From the NCBI GenBank assembly GCA_016184225.1, contig JACPDA010000004.1, positions 409,671-473,670 of the forward strand: a DNA stretch of 64,000 nt, written 5' to 3'. Origin of the DNA: Candidatus Daviesbacteria bacterium (GTDB lineage: Bacteria > Patescibacteriota > Microgenomatia > Daviesbacterales > UBA10151). Shown in pieces: positions 10,106-19,916 of the stretch. Position 1 is the first letter of the stretch; each line of letters begins with the position of its first letter. Below the pieces are notes generated by a model. The model had not been told where the DNA came from. It did no database searches and saw nothing but the letters and a program-made list of their open reading frames with translations. The position numbers and the translations under genes were made by a program.

Positions 10106-11083
10106 ATGAAAAAAACGAAAAAGGTTGTCATTACCGGAGCGGGCGGGTTTGTTGGTCACCATTTGGTTTCTTTTTTGAAAAAGAAGGGTTACTGGGTGCG
10201 CGGAGTTGACATAAAACATCCTGAATATAAATCTACCGATGCAGATGAATTTTTGAAATTGGATTTAAGGGAGAAAAAAAATGCTTTAAAAGCAACAGAG
10301 GGAATGGATCATGTTTACGCCTTGGCAGCTGATATGGGCGGAATGGGTTTTATTTCCAAAAATCATGCAACTATTCTTTATAATAATGCAACTATTAACC
10401 TCAACACCATTGAGGCGGCAAGAATCAATAAAGTCGGTAGGTATTTTTATTCATCTTCAGCATGTATTTATCCGGAATACCGCCAGATCAAATCAAAACT
10501 GAAACCTTTGAAGGAAGAAGATGCTTTTCCGGCACAACCACAAGATGCTTACGGTTGGGAAAAATTAGTAACTGAAATTCTGGCCAAATACTATCATGAG
10601 GAGCATGGTTTAGAGACACGTATTGCCCGTTTCCATAATATCTTTGGCCCATATGGAACATGGGATGGAGGTAGGGAAAAAGCGCCTGCAGCGATCTGCA
10701 GAAAAGTTGCCATAGCAAAGCTAACAGGCAAAAAGGAGATAGAAATTTGGGGAGACGGAAAGCAAACAAGATCTTTTTGTTATATTGATGATTGTTTAAA
10801 CGGCATCTATAAATTGATGATGTCTGACTTTAGAGAGCCACTTAATATCGGTCAGGATAGAATGGTAACAATAGATCAATTAGTAGATATAGTCTCAAAG
10901 ACTGCAGGTGTAAACTTTAAGAAAAAGCATATTCCCGGACCTCAAGGGGTCAGGGGGAGAAATTCAGATAACACAAAGCTTCGCGAGACCCTGAAATGGG
11001 AACCTGAAATTTCTTTGGAAGAGGGGCTTGCAAGAACCTATCAGTGGATAGAAGAGCAGGTAAAAACTAAAAACAAAAATTAA
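10106..11083 (+). CDS. GDP-mannose 3,5-epimerase-like SDR
   Basis: GAGGFVG, LAADMGGMGFI, SSACIYP, PQDAYGWEKL, RFHNIFGP-GTW-GGREKAPAA-CRK and GVRGRNSDN match the signature blocks of plant GME. Confidence 0.85.
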   Translation: MKKTKKVVITGAGGFVGHHLVSFLKKKGYWVRGVDIKHPEYKSTDADEFLKLDLREKKNALKATEGMDHVYALAADMGGMGFISKNHATILYNNATINLNTIEAARINKVGRYFYSSSACIYPEYRQIKSKLKPLKEEDAFPAQPQDAYGWEKLVTEILAKYYHEEHGLETRIARFHNIFGPYGTWDGGREKAPAAICRKVAIAKLTGKKEIEIWGDGKQTRSFCYIDDCLNGIYKLMMSDFREPLNIGQDRMVTIDQLVDIVSKTAGVNFKKKHIPGPQGVRGRNSDNTKLRETLKWEPEISLEEGLARTYQWIEEQVKTKNKN

Positions 11084-13404
11084 TGCTTCTGTTTTTATTT
11101 TATCTTATTCCTATTTTACTCTCAGGAATAATTCTCCTTCGAAAGATCAGTACGATAAATAGATTTGAATTATTAATTCCGGCAGGAAGTATTTTGGGTT
11201 TTGCAATATTTACCTTTTCTTTAAACCTTGTCTCGTTTTTACTAAAAGGACCGATTGGGATCATAACTGCTTACCTTTTAGTAATTAGCCTAGGATTTAC
11301 GGCATTTAAGTCTGTCAGATCAGAAACTTGGCATGTTGATTTCCCCAGAGGCAAACAGTTAACCTTTTGGCTCCTCAGTATTTTAGTTTGGGGGCTTTTT
11401 ATATATTGGAAGTCAGCCTATGCGCTTATAGGAAGCGATACCAATCTTTATTACGGCATTGCCCATTCTTTTATAAAAGGGAATTTTCCCTTTCTAACAC
11501 CCTGGCAGCCGGATATTCCGTTAGCATACCATGCTGGAGCGCCGGAACTGCTGGGCGCATTTTATTATTTTTCTAATTTAGATTTTCAGTTTTTGCATTT
11601 ATTCTTTTCGGGTCTTTTTATTTTCTTTGCTGCGCAGATAATTATTTGGATCATTCAAAGGCATGAGACGGTAGCTAGTTTCTTATTGGCCAACCTTGCG
11701 GCTACAGTAACTTTCGTTAGCTTTGGTTTTATTTATATAACTTGGCCTGTTTTTCCAATACAATTATCTGAGTTAGGAAGCGTTAATCAGTTAGTTTTAT
11801 GGCTGAGGAATCTTCCGACTGTAGCTTCCGCAATTGAAGTATATGGTGCGCCTATTAATCTGGATGCTTTAATTTATTTTATCTTCCATGCTTATGGGCT
11901 GGTAATCTTTTTGTCTTTGTTGGTATTACTGTTGTACAACAGAAAAGATAAACCCTTAATGGGATGGGTTTTGATTTGTACTGGTTTAGCTTCCTTAGCA
12001 TTGGTTAATGAATCTATGTTTATGGCAGCTTTTCCTGCTTTAGTTGGGGGAATATTTTTAACCGAACTGAGAGAAAAAAGGGTGTTAAAAAGTTTAAGAG
12101 TTTTAACCCTGCTTTTAGTATTGACTATTCTTGTGGTCTTTTTCCAGGGAGGCATTATCTCTGCTTCGCTAAGCAATCCCCGAGGCATACAAAGATCTAC
12201 CGTAATATTCCCCAAAAAGGAAGATGTTAAAGAAGATTTTAGAAGCTATCATTTAGGTCAGATATCATCCAAGTTATTGCCTGATAAACTAGAGTGGTTG
12301 CCCTTAAGATGGTTTCATCCGGGAGCTTATTTTTTACTGGTATTTTCTGTGGTGGCAATTATTATAGCCAGAAGTAAGCCTTATTCAGTCTTGCTAAAAG
12401 CTTTATTTATAGCAGGTATTTTTTCCTTAATAGCATATAATGCTATAGTCCCCAAATTTTTAGTTGCCAACGGAAACAGGTTTTTATCTACCTCGTTTTT
12501 ATTTTTTTCTTTGATTTTGTGTATATCATTAATTCCGCTTTTTGAAAAAATTAAAAGTTTAGTTAAGAAGATACTATTTTTCTTGCTTTTAGGGTGGGTT
12601 TTTATCCCCACGATTTTGCCGCCTCTGGCACTTCTTACAAAACAAAGGTTTGGCGAGAATAAATTAATTCCTAAATACCAACAAAGTAGTGACGGGATAT
12701 CATGGCTTAAAAGGAATGTAAATTTAAGTGAAAGGGTACTAGTGTTGGATAAAAACTCTCCCCATCCCAGCGGCCAAGAGAGGGCTTTAGTAGAAGCAGG
12801 AGCATTTGCGCCCCTATTTTCCGGAAATTTCAGAGCTTTTACAATTGAAGCTTCTCCCGAATATGTTGATATTGCTTATAGCTTAAGTCCAAATAGTCTG
12901 AAAAAACTGAAAGTAAATATCCTGCTGGTGGATAATATCTTTTTTGAATCCTTGCCCGAAAGGAGAAAGCAGCAACTGCAAGATGAAACATATTTCGAAA
13001 AGGTTTTCGATAATTCAAAACCTAGCAATTGGGAAAAAATTTACAGAATTAAAGATAAATATCTAGAAAGTGGCGGTGAGTTGGATGGCACCCTTGAGCA
13101 ATTATTACGAGTTTTACCCACTCGAGGAAAAATATATATTGATAATGAGAAAAATTTCAACCCTTCCTTTTTAAGGAGGCCGCTTATTTTCAGTTTAAGA
13201 GATAGAGATATCTATTACTTACCTCAGTCAGGCGTTTATCTGAATGTCGAGGCGAATATAAATTCTCACCCTCCAAGAAAGGAAAGAGATTATGATTATT
13301 TAATTTTAGGGAAAAATACAAATCCGGAAGAAGAATGCAACTGCCAAACTAAACTTTTATGGCAGGGAATTAGGAATGAGATTTATGTTTGGAGAAAGAT
13401 TTAA
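11083..13404 (+). CDS. Large polytopic membrane protein, putative GT-C-like glycan transferase with C-terminal soluble domain
   Basis: 773 aa with many TM segments; loop motif D..YY..A.S...G.FP..P.....LAYH; soluble C-terminal region of about 250 aa. Family not named. Confidence 0.55.
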   Translation: MLLFLFYLIPILLSGIILLRKISTINRFELLIPAGSILGFAIFTFSLNLVSFLLKGPIGIITAYLLVISLGFTAFKSVRSETWHVDFPRGKQLTFWLLSILVWGLFIYWKSAYALIGSDTNLYYGIAHSFIKGNFPFLTPWQPDIPLAYHAGAPELLGAFYYFSNLDFQFLHLFFSGLFIFFAAQIIIWIIQRHETVASFLLANLAATVTFVSFGFIYITWPVFPIQLSELGSVNQLVLWLRNLPTVASAIEVYGAPINLDALIYFIFHAYGLVIFLSLLVLLLYNRKDKPLMGWVLICTGLASLALVNESMFMAAFPALVGGIFLTELREKRVLKSLRVLTLLLVLTILVVFFQGGIISASLSNPRGIQRSTVIFPKKEDVKEDFRSYHLGQISSKLLPDKLEWLPLRWFHPGAYFLLVFSVVAIIIARSKPYSVLLKALFIAGIFSLIAYNAIVPKFLVANGNRFLSTSFLFFSLILCISLIPLFEKIKSLVKKILFFLLLGWVFIPTILPPLALLTKQRFGENKLIPKYQQSSDGISWLKRNVNLSERVLVLDKNSPHPSGQERALVEAGAFAPLFSGNFRAFTIEASPEYVDIAYSLSPNSLKKLKVNILLVDNIFFESLPERRKQQLQDETYFEKVFDNSKPSNWEKIYRIKDKYLESGGELDGTLEQLLRVLPTRGKIYIDNEKNFNPSFLRRPLIFSLRDRDIYYLPQSGVYLNVEANINSHPPRKERDYDYLILGKNTNPEEECNCQTKLLWQGIRNEIYVWRKI

Positions 13405-14131
13405 GGCTTAAGGTATGGAATTTCGGTAAGTCACTAAAGTATACTTTTGTTACCGCCTTTAGAACATTAAACCCGTCCTGGAGGGCTCTTATACCCGATG
13501 CTCCACCCACTCTTTTTGTATAAGTAATAGGGATTTGTACAAGATTCATATCCATCTTGACAGCCTTTACAACAGTCTCGGCTTCATATTCAAAATGCCT
13601 TTCCCTTAAGTCCAAAGTCAAAAATGCCTCTTTCCTGAATCCCTTAAAGCCGGCCATTACATCAGTGATTTTTCTGCCGCAAGCAAGCGATGTGGCGAAA
13701 GACATTGCCCAGTTACCAAACAGGTTGCGAAAACTAACAGAACCTTTCTCTATTTTTCCTTCTCCTTGGAATCTGGTCCCGATTACCACATCCGCCCCTT
13801 TATCTAAGGCGTCAACAAAAAGAGGTATCTCATGCGGTTGAAATTGATGGTCAGTATCAATTTGAATGATATAATCACCTGTGGCTAGGAGTCCTCCCGC
13901 CCAAAAATCCGCTCCTTTACCCCGCTTGAAGGGAAACCGGATTATCTTGTCCACGCGCATTTTCTTGGCTATTTCTATAGTTTTATCTTTTGATGCGGCA
14001 TCAACAACGATAATCTCTATGGGAAAAAATTTCCTTAACTTCTGGCAATCCTTAATTGTTCTGCCAATATTTTTTTCCTCATTGTAAGAGGTAAGAATAA
14101 TACTGACTAACTTTTTGCTTTTCTTGTTCAT
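13370..14131 (-). CDS. GT2 polyprenol-phosphate glycosyltransferase (DPM-synthase-like)
   Basis: SYNEE, GKGA, QIDTDHQ, VIGTRF, TDVMAGFKGF and FEYEAE motifs. Confidence 0.85.
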   Translation of the reverse strand: MNKKSKKLVSIILTSYNEEKNIGRTIKDCQKLRKFFPIEIIVVDAASKDKTIEIAKKMRVDKIIRFPFKRGKGADFWAGGLLATGDYIIQIDTDHQFQPHEIPLFVDALDKGADVVIGTRFQGEGKIEKGSVSFRNLFGNWAMSFATSLACGRKITDVMAGFKGFRKEAFLTLDLRERHFEYEAETVVKAVKMDMNLVQIPITYTKRVGGASGIRALQDGFNVLKAVTKVYFSDLPKFHTLSLKSFSKHKSHS

Positions 14132-14140
14132 CCGGAGGCC

Positions 14141-14169
14141 AGAATATCCTAATAAAAAATAAATGTCAA
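14141..14169 (-). promoter_or_regulatory. sigma70-type promoter for the GT2 gene, near-leaderless
   Basis: Minus strand TTGACA-17nt-TATTCT, then 9 nt to the ATG at 14131. Confidence 0.7.
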
Positions 14170-14171
14170 CC

Positions 14172-14200
14172 TTGAATTAATAATCCAAGTGTAGTAGGAT
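14172..14200 (+). promoter_or_regulatory. sigma70-type promoter for the dehydrogenase operon
   Basis: TTGAAT-17nt-TAGGAT, 16 nt upstream of ATG 14217. Confidence 0.5.
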
Positions 14201-14216
14201 CCAATAATAGAAAAAT

Positions 14217-15554
14217 ATGGATAGCAGTAAGATTGCGATTTTTGGGGTAGGGAGAGTAGGACTACCTTTAGCGTTGGTGTTAGCGGATAAAGGTTTTCGG
14301 GTAACCGGAATAGACGTAGATCCTTATAGAGTTAATCTCCTGAAACATAAGATCATGCCATTTTTAGAAGAAGATGCAGAGCCTCTTTTGGATAAACACA
14401 GCGGTAAGAATTTCCAGGTTTTTTCTCAAGAACATATTGACAGAATAGTTTCAGAGAATGCTATTATTATTTTTACTTTGGGTACTCCGATAGACGATAC
14501 TTATAGTCCCAATTTTTCGGATATAGAAAAATTAATTAGGAGGATCTCGCCGGTTATTAAGTCCGGACATACGATAATATTACGGAGTACGGTTTCTCCC
14601 GGGGCCACAGAACAATTGGCCAGGCAACTGGAGGAACAAACAAAGCTGGTACTGGGTGAAAGCTTATTTTTAGCCTACTGTCCTGAGAGAATAGCAGAAG
14701 GTAAATCCGTTGCAGAATTGGTTCAAATCCCGCAAATAATAGGTACTTTAGAGGCAGGTAGCGCGAAAAAAGCAGCGGAGGTATTTGAGAAAATTGCCCC
14801 ATCGGTTTTATTTACTAATCCCAGATCGGCAGAACTGGCAAAACTATTTTGCAATATGTACAGGTATATTGATTTTGCAATCGGGAATGAATTTATGATG
14901 ATCGCTGAAAGCTACGGTGCGGATATTTATGAAGTTTTGAATCTGGTTAATAAAGACTATAAAAGGGGTAACTTAAAATCACCGGGATTTACTGCCGGGC
15001 CTTGTTTAGTGAAAGACGGATTTTTTCTGATTGATAAAAGCCCGTATATGGAATTGGTAACTGCGGCATGGAGACTGAATGAAAATATCCCGGGTTATCT
15101 TTTGTCACGAGTAAAAGCAGAAATTAAAAATTTGCATAAGAAAAATGTCGCCATTTTAGGATTGGCTTTCAAAAAAAACATAGATGATACACGTTATTCC
15201 CTTTCCCCAAAACTGCAAAGATATTTTTTGGCAGAAGGAGCTAAAGTTTCTGTCCATGACCCTTTAATCGACTCGGAGCCGCTTGAAGATGCCATAAAGG
15301 GAGCCGAAATTTTAATTGTAGGTATAAACCATGATGCATTCAGCAAAATCAGTCTGGAATATCTTGGTAATTCGGTATCGCCTGATTGCCTGATTGTAGA
15401 TATCTGGAATATGTTTGGAACCGGTAAAATTGTTTTTTATCTTAAAGATGTTTTGGCAGTTAAGGAGAAACTTAAAGCAAGAGGCAACGGAGAATTAAAA
15501 GTACTCGGCAAAAAGAGCCCGCCTCAGCGAAAGTTATCTTTCCCCCAAGCATGA
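14217..15554 (+). CDS. Nucleotide-sugar 6-dehydrogenase (WecC/WbpA-like)
   Basis: GVGRVG, LRSTVSPG, YCPERIAEG, AELAKL, catalytic GPCLVKD and LGLAFK-DDTR motifs. Confidence 0.85.
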   Translation: MDSSKIAIFGVGRVGLPLALVLADKGFRVTGIDVDPYRVNLLKHKIMPFLEEDAEPLLDKHSGKNFQVFSQEHIDRIVSENAIIIFTLGTPIDDTYSPNFSDIEKLIRRISPVIKSGHTIILRSTVSPGATEQLARQLEEQTKLVLGESLFLAYCPERIAEGKSVAELVQIPQIIGTLEAGSAKKAAEVFEKIAPSVLFTNPRSAELAKLFCNMYRYIDFAIGNEFMMIAESYGADIYEVLNLVNKDYKRGNLKSPGFTAGPCLVKDGFFLIDKSPYMELVTAAWRLNENIPGYLLSRVKAEIKNLHKKNVAILGLAFKKNIDDTRYSLSPKLQRYFLAEGAKVSVHDPLIDSEPLEDAIKGAEILIVGINHDAFSKISLEYLGNSVSPDCLIVDIWNMFGTGKIVFYLKDVLAVKEKLKARGNGELKVLGKKSPPQRKLSFPQA

Positions 15555-16507
15555 AAAAAATTAAAGTATTAGTTACCGGCGGTGCCGGTTTCATTGGTAG
15601 TGAGGTTGTTAAACAGCTCCTGGAGAAAGGTTACAGCGTCAGGGTGGCGGATGACTTGTCTAAATTAGAAGCAAAGGTTCCCAGATCCTGCGAATTTCTA
15701 AAGGTGGATTTGACCGACAGAAAAGCAGCTCTTAGTGCCATGGAAGATATTGATTTTTGTATTCATTTGGCAGCTAAAATCGGGGGGATCGGGTACTTTC
15801 ATAAATATCCTGCTACCATACTTTCGGAAAATAATAAGATGTATTCTGCTGTTTTTGAGGCAGCAGTTTCGAAGAAAATAAAAAGGATCATCTATCTTTC
15901 TTCCTCTATGGTTTTTGAATCGACAAACTACTTTCCAAGCAAAGAAAAGGATCTTGTAATTATTCCACCTCCTGTAAGTGCTTATGGTTTCTCTAAACTG
16001 GTAGGCGAGTGGTACTGTCATGCTTTTAAGGATGAGTATGGTTTGAACTATACAATTATCAGGCCCTTTAATGCTTATGGAATAAATGAAGCACCCGGTG
16101 AAGAAGTGGGGTATGCGCATGTGATACCTGATTTAATCAAGAAGATTATTTCCGGACAATACCCGCTGGAACTTTTGGGTAATGGCAGGCAAACAAGATG
16201 TTTTACCCACGTTTCAGATATCGCTAACGGTATTATTCTAGCTATGGAGTCCGCAAAGGCGAAAAATGAAGATTTTAATATCGGATCTGAAAAGGAAATA
16301 AGAATGAGAGATTTGGCAAAGCTGCTTTGGAAAAAATGCTCAATAGATCATCCTTTTAAGGTAAAATATGTAACCGGGTTTAAATATGACATCAAAAGGC
16401 GGGTACCCTCTTCTAAGAAGGCTGCAAAAATTTTAGGTTGGAAACCCAAGAAGGATTTAAGCAAAGAATTGCCCGTGATTGTTGAATGGGTGAGGAATAT
16501 ATTGTAA
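15551..16507 (+). CDS. NAD-dependent epimerase/dehydratase (extended SDR)
   Basis: TGGAGFIG, YGFSK, RPFNAYG and QTRCFTHVSD motifs. Confidence 0.85.
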   Translation: MKKIKVLVTGGAGFIGSEVVKQLLEKGYSVRVADDLSKLEAKVPRSCEFLKVDLTDRKAALSAMEDIDFCIHLAAKIGGIGYFHKYPATILSENNKMYSAVFEAAVSKKIKRIIYLSSSMVFESTNYFPSKEKDLVIIPPPVSAYGFSKLVGEWYCHAFKDEYGLNYTIIRPFNAYGINEAPGEEVGYAHVIPDLIKKIISGQYPLELLGNGRQTRCFTHVSDIANGIILAMESAKAKNEDFNIGSEKEIRMRDLAKLLWKKCSIDHPFKVKYVTGFKYDIKRRVPSSKKAAKILGWKPKKDLSKELPVIVEWVRNIL

Positions 16508-16522
16508 GATAGATAATTAATC

Positions 16523-17023
16523 ATGAAACTTCTTTCTAAAATAGCAACACTACTTTTATTGCTGGCAACGTTTTTTTTGGCAGGAACAGAATTAATTTAC
16601 GCTCAAAATACTCAAGATTTAAAACTGCCAAATACTATTATCAATCCCGGCTCGTTTTATTATCCTTTTAAACGGCTGATAGAGAAGGGAAGAGAAAGAG
16701 TAATTTTTTCAGCAGAAGGAAAGATTTCTTTTGCTGCCTCTTTGCTGAAAACACGGCTTTCAGAATTGGATTATGTAACTGAGAAAAAAGTATTGTCAGA
16801 GATACAAGGCAGCAGTGAAAGGTTTGCTTATCAGGCGGGAATCTTAACGGAAGAACTTATACAAAGCAAGTCGGAAAAGAAGAAGGCTATTGTTAAGGAA
16901 TTTGAAAAGTATAGTAAGTTTTTGGAACCCTTAAGAGATAGATATCCGGCAAATTCCAGTTTTTGGATGCTGGTCCAACATGATATTAATACTTTAAGTA
17001 TATTAGGTGAGCGTCTTAGGTAG
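16523..17023 (+). CDS. Secreted/anchored helical protein (DUF5667-like)
   Basis: N-terminal signal peptide followed by PGSFYYPFKRLIE..RL.E, resembling DUF5667. Confidence 0.55.
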   Translation: MKLLSKIATLLLLLATFFLAGTELIYAQNTQDLKLPNTIINPGSFYYPFKRLIEKGRERVIFSAEGKISFAASLLKTRLSELDYVTEKKVLSEIQGSSERFAYQAGILTEELIQSKSEKKKAIVKEFEKYSKFLEPLRDRYPANSSFWMLVQHDINTLSILGERLR

Positions 17024-17026
17024 AAT

Positions 17027-18274
17027 ATGTCAGCCAGTCAAAAGGAAGTTTTTCAGCTAGAGGTTTGCAGGGCGTGTGACAGCGATAATCTTTTATTATT
17101 TCTTCAGTTAGGACCAACACCTGTACCTAATGGTTTTTTAAAGGCTCACCACCGCCATCGTGCAGAAAAATTTTATCCTTTGGATGTTTGTTTTTGTAAA
17201 GACTGCGGATTAGTCCAGCTGGCTCATGTTGTATCTCCAAAAGTTATGTTTAAAAATTATGTGTATATTCCTTCAACATCTGAAACTATGAGAACACACT
17301 TTGCTGATTTAGCAAAACAAGCTGTTAAGAAAACAGGTGCAAAAGAAGGGGATTTAGTTTTAGATATCGGCAGTAACGACGGAACCCTTCTTAAGTCGTT
17401 TAGCTCGTTTAAGATGAAAATACTGGGTGTTGATCCTGCAGAAAATCTTGCCAAGAAGGCAAATCAGGAGGGAGTAAAAACAGTATGCGGTTTATTTACT
17501 CTTGATCTGGCTAAGAAAATCAGAAAAGATGAGGGAGAAGCCAGGATTATTACCGGTACTAATGTGGTAGCCCACGTACATGACTTGAATGATTTCCTTG
17601 AGGGTATCAAAGTATTACTTTCAGATGAAGGGTTATTTATCTGCGAATTCCCATACTTAATCGATCTGATTGAGAAGATTGAATTTGATACTATTTATCA
17701 GGAACATCTGTCATATTTTTCAATTACTCCCCTTGAGAAACTCCTGAAAAAACACAAGTTATTCTTGCTGGATGTTCAAAGAATTCCGGTTCATGGGGGT
17801 TCTGTCCGGGTATTTGTTGGCAGAAAGCCCTTAAAGTCAAGCAAACAGGTTAAAAAATTATTGCAACTCGAGAGAAAGAAAGGGATATTAAAGCCCGAGA
17901 CATATCTCAAGTTCAGAAGAAAGGTTGATAAAGTAAGACATGAATTGGTTCAACTTCTCTGGAGTTTGCGGCTGAAAAAGAAACAGATAGTCGGGTATGG
18001 CGCATCTGCAAAAGGAAATATTATTTTAAATTATTGCAGGATTGGGCCAGAAACACTGGATTGTATTGTCGACTCCATTCCTTATAAACAAGGTAAATTT
18101 ACTCCGGGAATGCATATTCCGATTTTTCCCGAAGAGAAGTTATTAAAAGATCAACCTGATTATACTTTGCTTTTGGCTTGGAATTTTGCGGATGAGATAA
18201 TAAAGAAACAATCAGAATACCGTAAACGGGGAGGTAAATTTATACTTGCCCTGCCTAAGCTGACAATTGTGTAG
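17027..18274 (+). CDS. NDP-hexose C-methyltransferase (TylCIII/NovU/TcaB9 type)
   Basis: Zn-site CRAC...CKDC, DIGSNDG, NVVAH, FDTIYQEH, GYGASAKG, PGMHIPI and LAWNF motifs. Confidence 0.9.
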   Translation: MSASQKEVFQLEVCRACDSDNLLLFLQLGPTPVPNGFLKAHHRHRAEKFYPLDVCFCKDCGLVQLAHVVSPKVMFKNYVYIPSTSETMRTHFADLAKQAVKKTGAKEGDLVLDIGSNDGTLLKSFSSFKMKILGVDPAENLAKKANQEGVKTVCGLFTLDLAKKIRKDEGEARIITGTNVVAHVHDLNDFLEGIKVLLSDEGLFICEFPYLIDLIEKIEFDTIYQEHLSYFSITPLEKLLKKHKLFLLDVQRIPVHGGSVRVFVGRKPLKSSKQVKKLLQLERKKGILKPETYLKFRRKVDKVRHELVQLLWSLRLKKKQIVGYGASAKGNIILNYCRIGPETLDCIVDSIPYKQGKFTPGMHIPIFPEEKLLKDQPDYTLLLAWNFADEIIKKQSEYRKRGGKFILALPKLTIV

Positions 18275-19148
18275 CCAAATCTTCTATTATTTCCTCCCAG
18301 CTTCTGAATTTCATCCCTAACTTTTTTTCAGTTTGTTCAACTTTTAATCCGCCGAATTGAGGATATCTTGACTGGTTATCTTTCAGAAACGGTTCGATAC
18401 TGACAGGTTTGACGACATCCTTTTTGCCCCTGGCTCTTTCTATCAGTAGATTTGCTAATTTATGTGGTGTAAAGAGATTAGAACTGGAAGCATGAAAAAT
18501 TCCGATTGGTCTTTTATGCAACATAACTTCTAAAGTTTCTGTTACTTCATTAATATAAGTCAATGTTAAATATTGGTCGTTAAACATTGGATAGAGTTTG
18601 CCACTGTCATATAAGGTTAGGATCTTTCTCACATAATCAGATTTTAATTCATAATTGCTTCTTACCGGATTAGAAATTCGTAAGATGGCAAAGTTTTTGA
18701 TATTATTTATAATCTGTCTTTCAGCTTCCCTTTTTGTCCATCCATACCACGATAACAGATCAGGATTTTCTTCCGGAGTTTCATCTTCTGAGTAAGGTCC
18801 CGGATTTTCTTTACTGCCGGAGAAAATGACATCCGTAGAGATTGCAATGAAAAAAGTATCAGGATTTAGGGATCGGATCAAATTAGTTGTTCCTTCTACA
18901 TTTACTATCCAGCACGGTGCATTTTTATTATTTCGCTGTTCCTCAGCTTTAGATACGTCAGTAAAAGCTGCAAAATGAATAACAGTATCCGGATCATGCA
19001 TTTTAAAGAAATCCTTTACGGATTTTAGGTTTGTAATATCCAGTTCGTCTTGGGAAGGAGATAAAATAACAATGTTCTTGCTTGATTGATAATTTTCAAC
19101 AAAGTGTGATCCTACTAATCCATTGCTACCGGTAACAAGTATCTTCAT
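18255..19148 (-). CDS. rmlD: dTDP-4-dehydrorhamnose reductase-like SDR
   Basis: TGSNGLVG, AAFTDV-AE, ISTDVIF-G and YGWTK motifs. Confidence 0.75.
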   Translation of the reverse strand: MKILVTGSNGLVGSHFVENYQSSKNIVILSPSQDELDITNLKSVKDFFKMHDPDTVIHFAAFTDVSKAEEQRNNKNAPCWIVNVEGTTNLIRSLNPDTFFIAISTDVIFSGSKENPGPYSEDETPEENPDLLSWYGWTKREAERQIINNIKNFAILRISNPVRSNYELKSDYVRKILTLYDSGKLYPMFNDQYLTLTYINEVTETLEVMLHKRPIGIFHASSSNLFTPHKLANLLIERARGKKDVVKPVSIEPFLKDNQSRYPQFGGLKVEQTEKKLGMKFRSWEEIIEDLATQLSA

Positions 19149-19894
19149 ATATTTTGTAATGGCTTTTTAAAGAGTTCTGTTACAAATCCCATTCTAGCCA
19201 GAATGTAAAACAGCAATATCTTGAATGTGCCCAATGAGTATTTTATACTATTTTTTAAACTGGCCCCCCTTTTGTTACCGGTGTAACTAGTTTCTACAGG
19301 AACTTGGGATACCTTAATTCCGTGATAAACGGCTTGTGCAATTAATTCAAAACTAAATAAATAGTTATTGGAATTTACTTCATAATTGATTTTTTTCAGC
19401 ATTTTCTTAGTATATACTCGGAAGCCCTGATGGAAATCATCTAAATCAACTCTTAGTATTATTTTATCAATAAAGTTTAAGGTTCTGATAGGAATCCATT
19501 TCCAAAAATACATCCCGCTTCGGAGGGGATTATCTAAGGAGGTGAAACGGTTACCCAGAACAAACTCTGATCCAGCTTTAATTTCTTTTAGCGCCTGTGG
19601 GATAGCCGATGTTTTATATTCTCCATCAGGATGAATGTCAATGATTATTTCTGCCCCACTTTCAATAGCCAAATTCAAGGCTCTTTTCATATTTCCTCCA
19701 TAACCTAAGTTAAGAGGGTTTTTATACGAAGTAATCTTTATTTTTTTTGCAAGCTCAAATGTATTATCTTTTGATGCATCATCAACCAAAATGATCTCAT
19801 CTACAAGTTTTTTGGGAAAATTTTTGTAAAATTTTTCCAGAGTTTTAGCTGCATTATAAGCTATAAATACGGCGACTATCTTTCTCTTTTTCAT
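19145..19894 (-). CDS. GT2 polyprenol-phosphate glycosyltransferase-like
   Basis: AYNAA, VDDASKD, NLGYGGN, HPDGEY, LGNRF and DFHQGFRVY motifs. Start moved to ATG 19894 (MKKRKIV) because the longer track ORF overlaps the divergent gene. Confidence 0.85.
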   Translation of the reverse strand: MKKRKIVAVFIAYNAAKTLEKFYKNFPKKLVDEIILVDDASKDNTFELAKKIKITSYKNPLNLGYGGNMKRALNLAIESGAEIIIDIHPDGEYKTSAIPQALKEIKAGSEFVLGNRFTSLDNPLRSGMYFWKWIPIRTLNFIDKIILRVDLDDFHQGFRVYTKKMLKKINYEVNSNNYLFSFELIAQAVYHGIKVSQVPVETSYTGNKRGASLKNSIKYSLGTFKILLFYILARMGFVTELFKKPLQNI

Positions 19895-19916
19895 CTGATA
19901 TATTATATTAGCTTCT
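19895..19916. promoter_or_regulatory. 22-bp bidirectional promoter with overlapping -10 boxes
   Basis: TATAAT on minus (19902-19907) and TATATT on plus (19904-19909), each 7 nt from its ATG. No room for a Shine-Dalgarno site. Confidence 0.6.
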
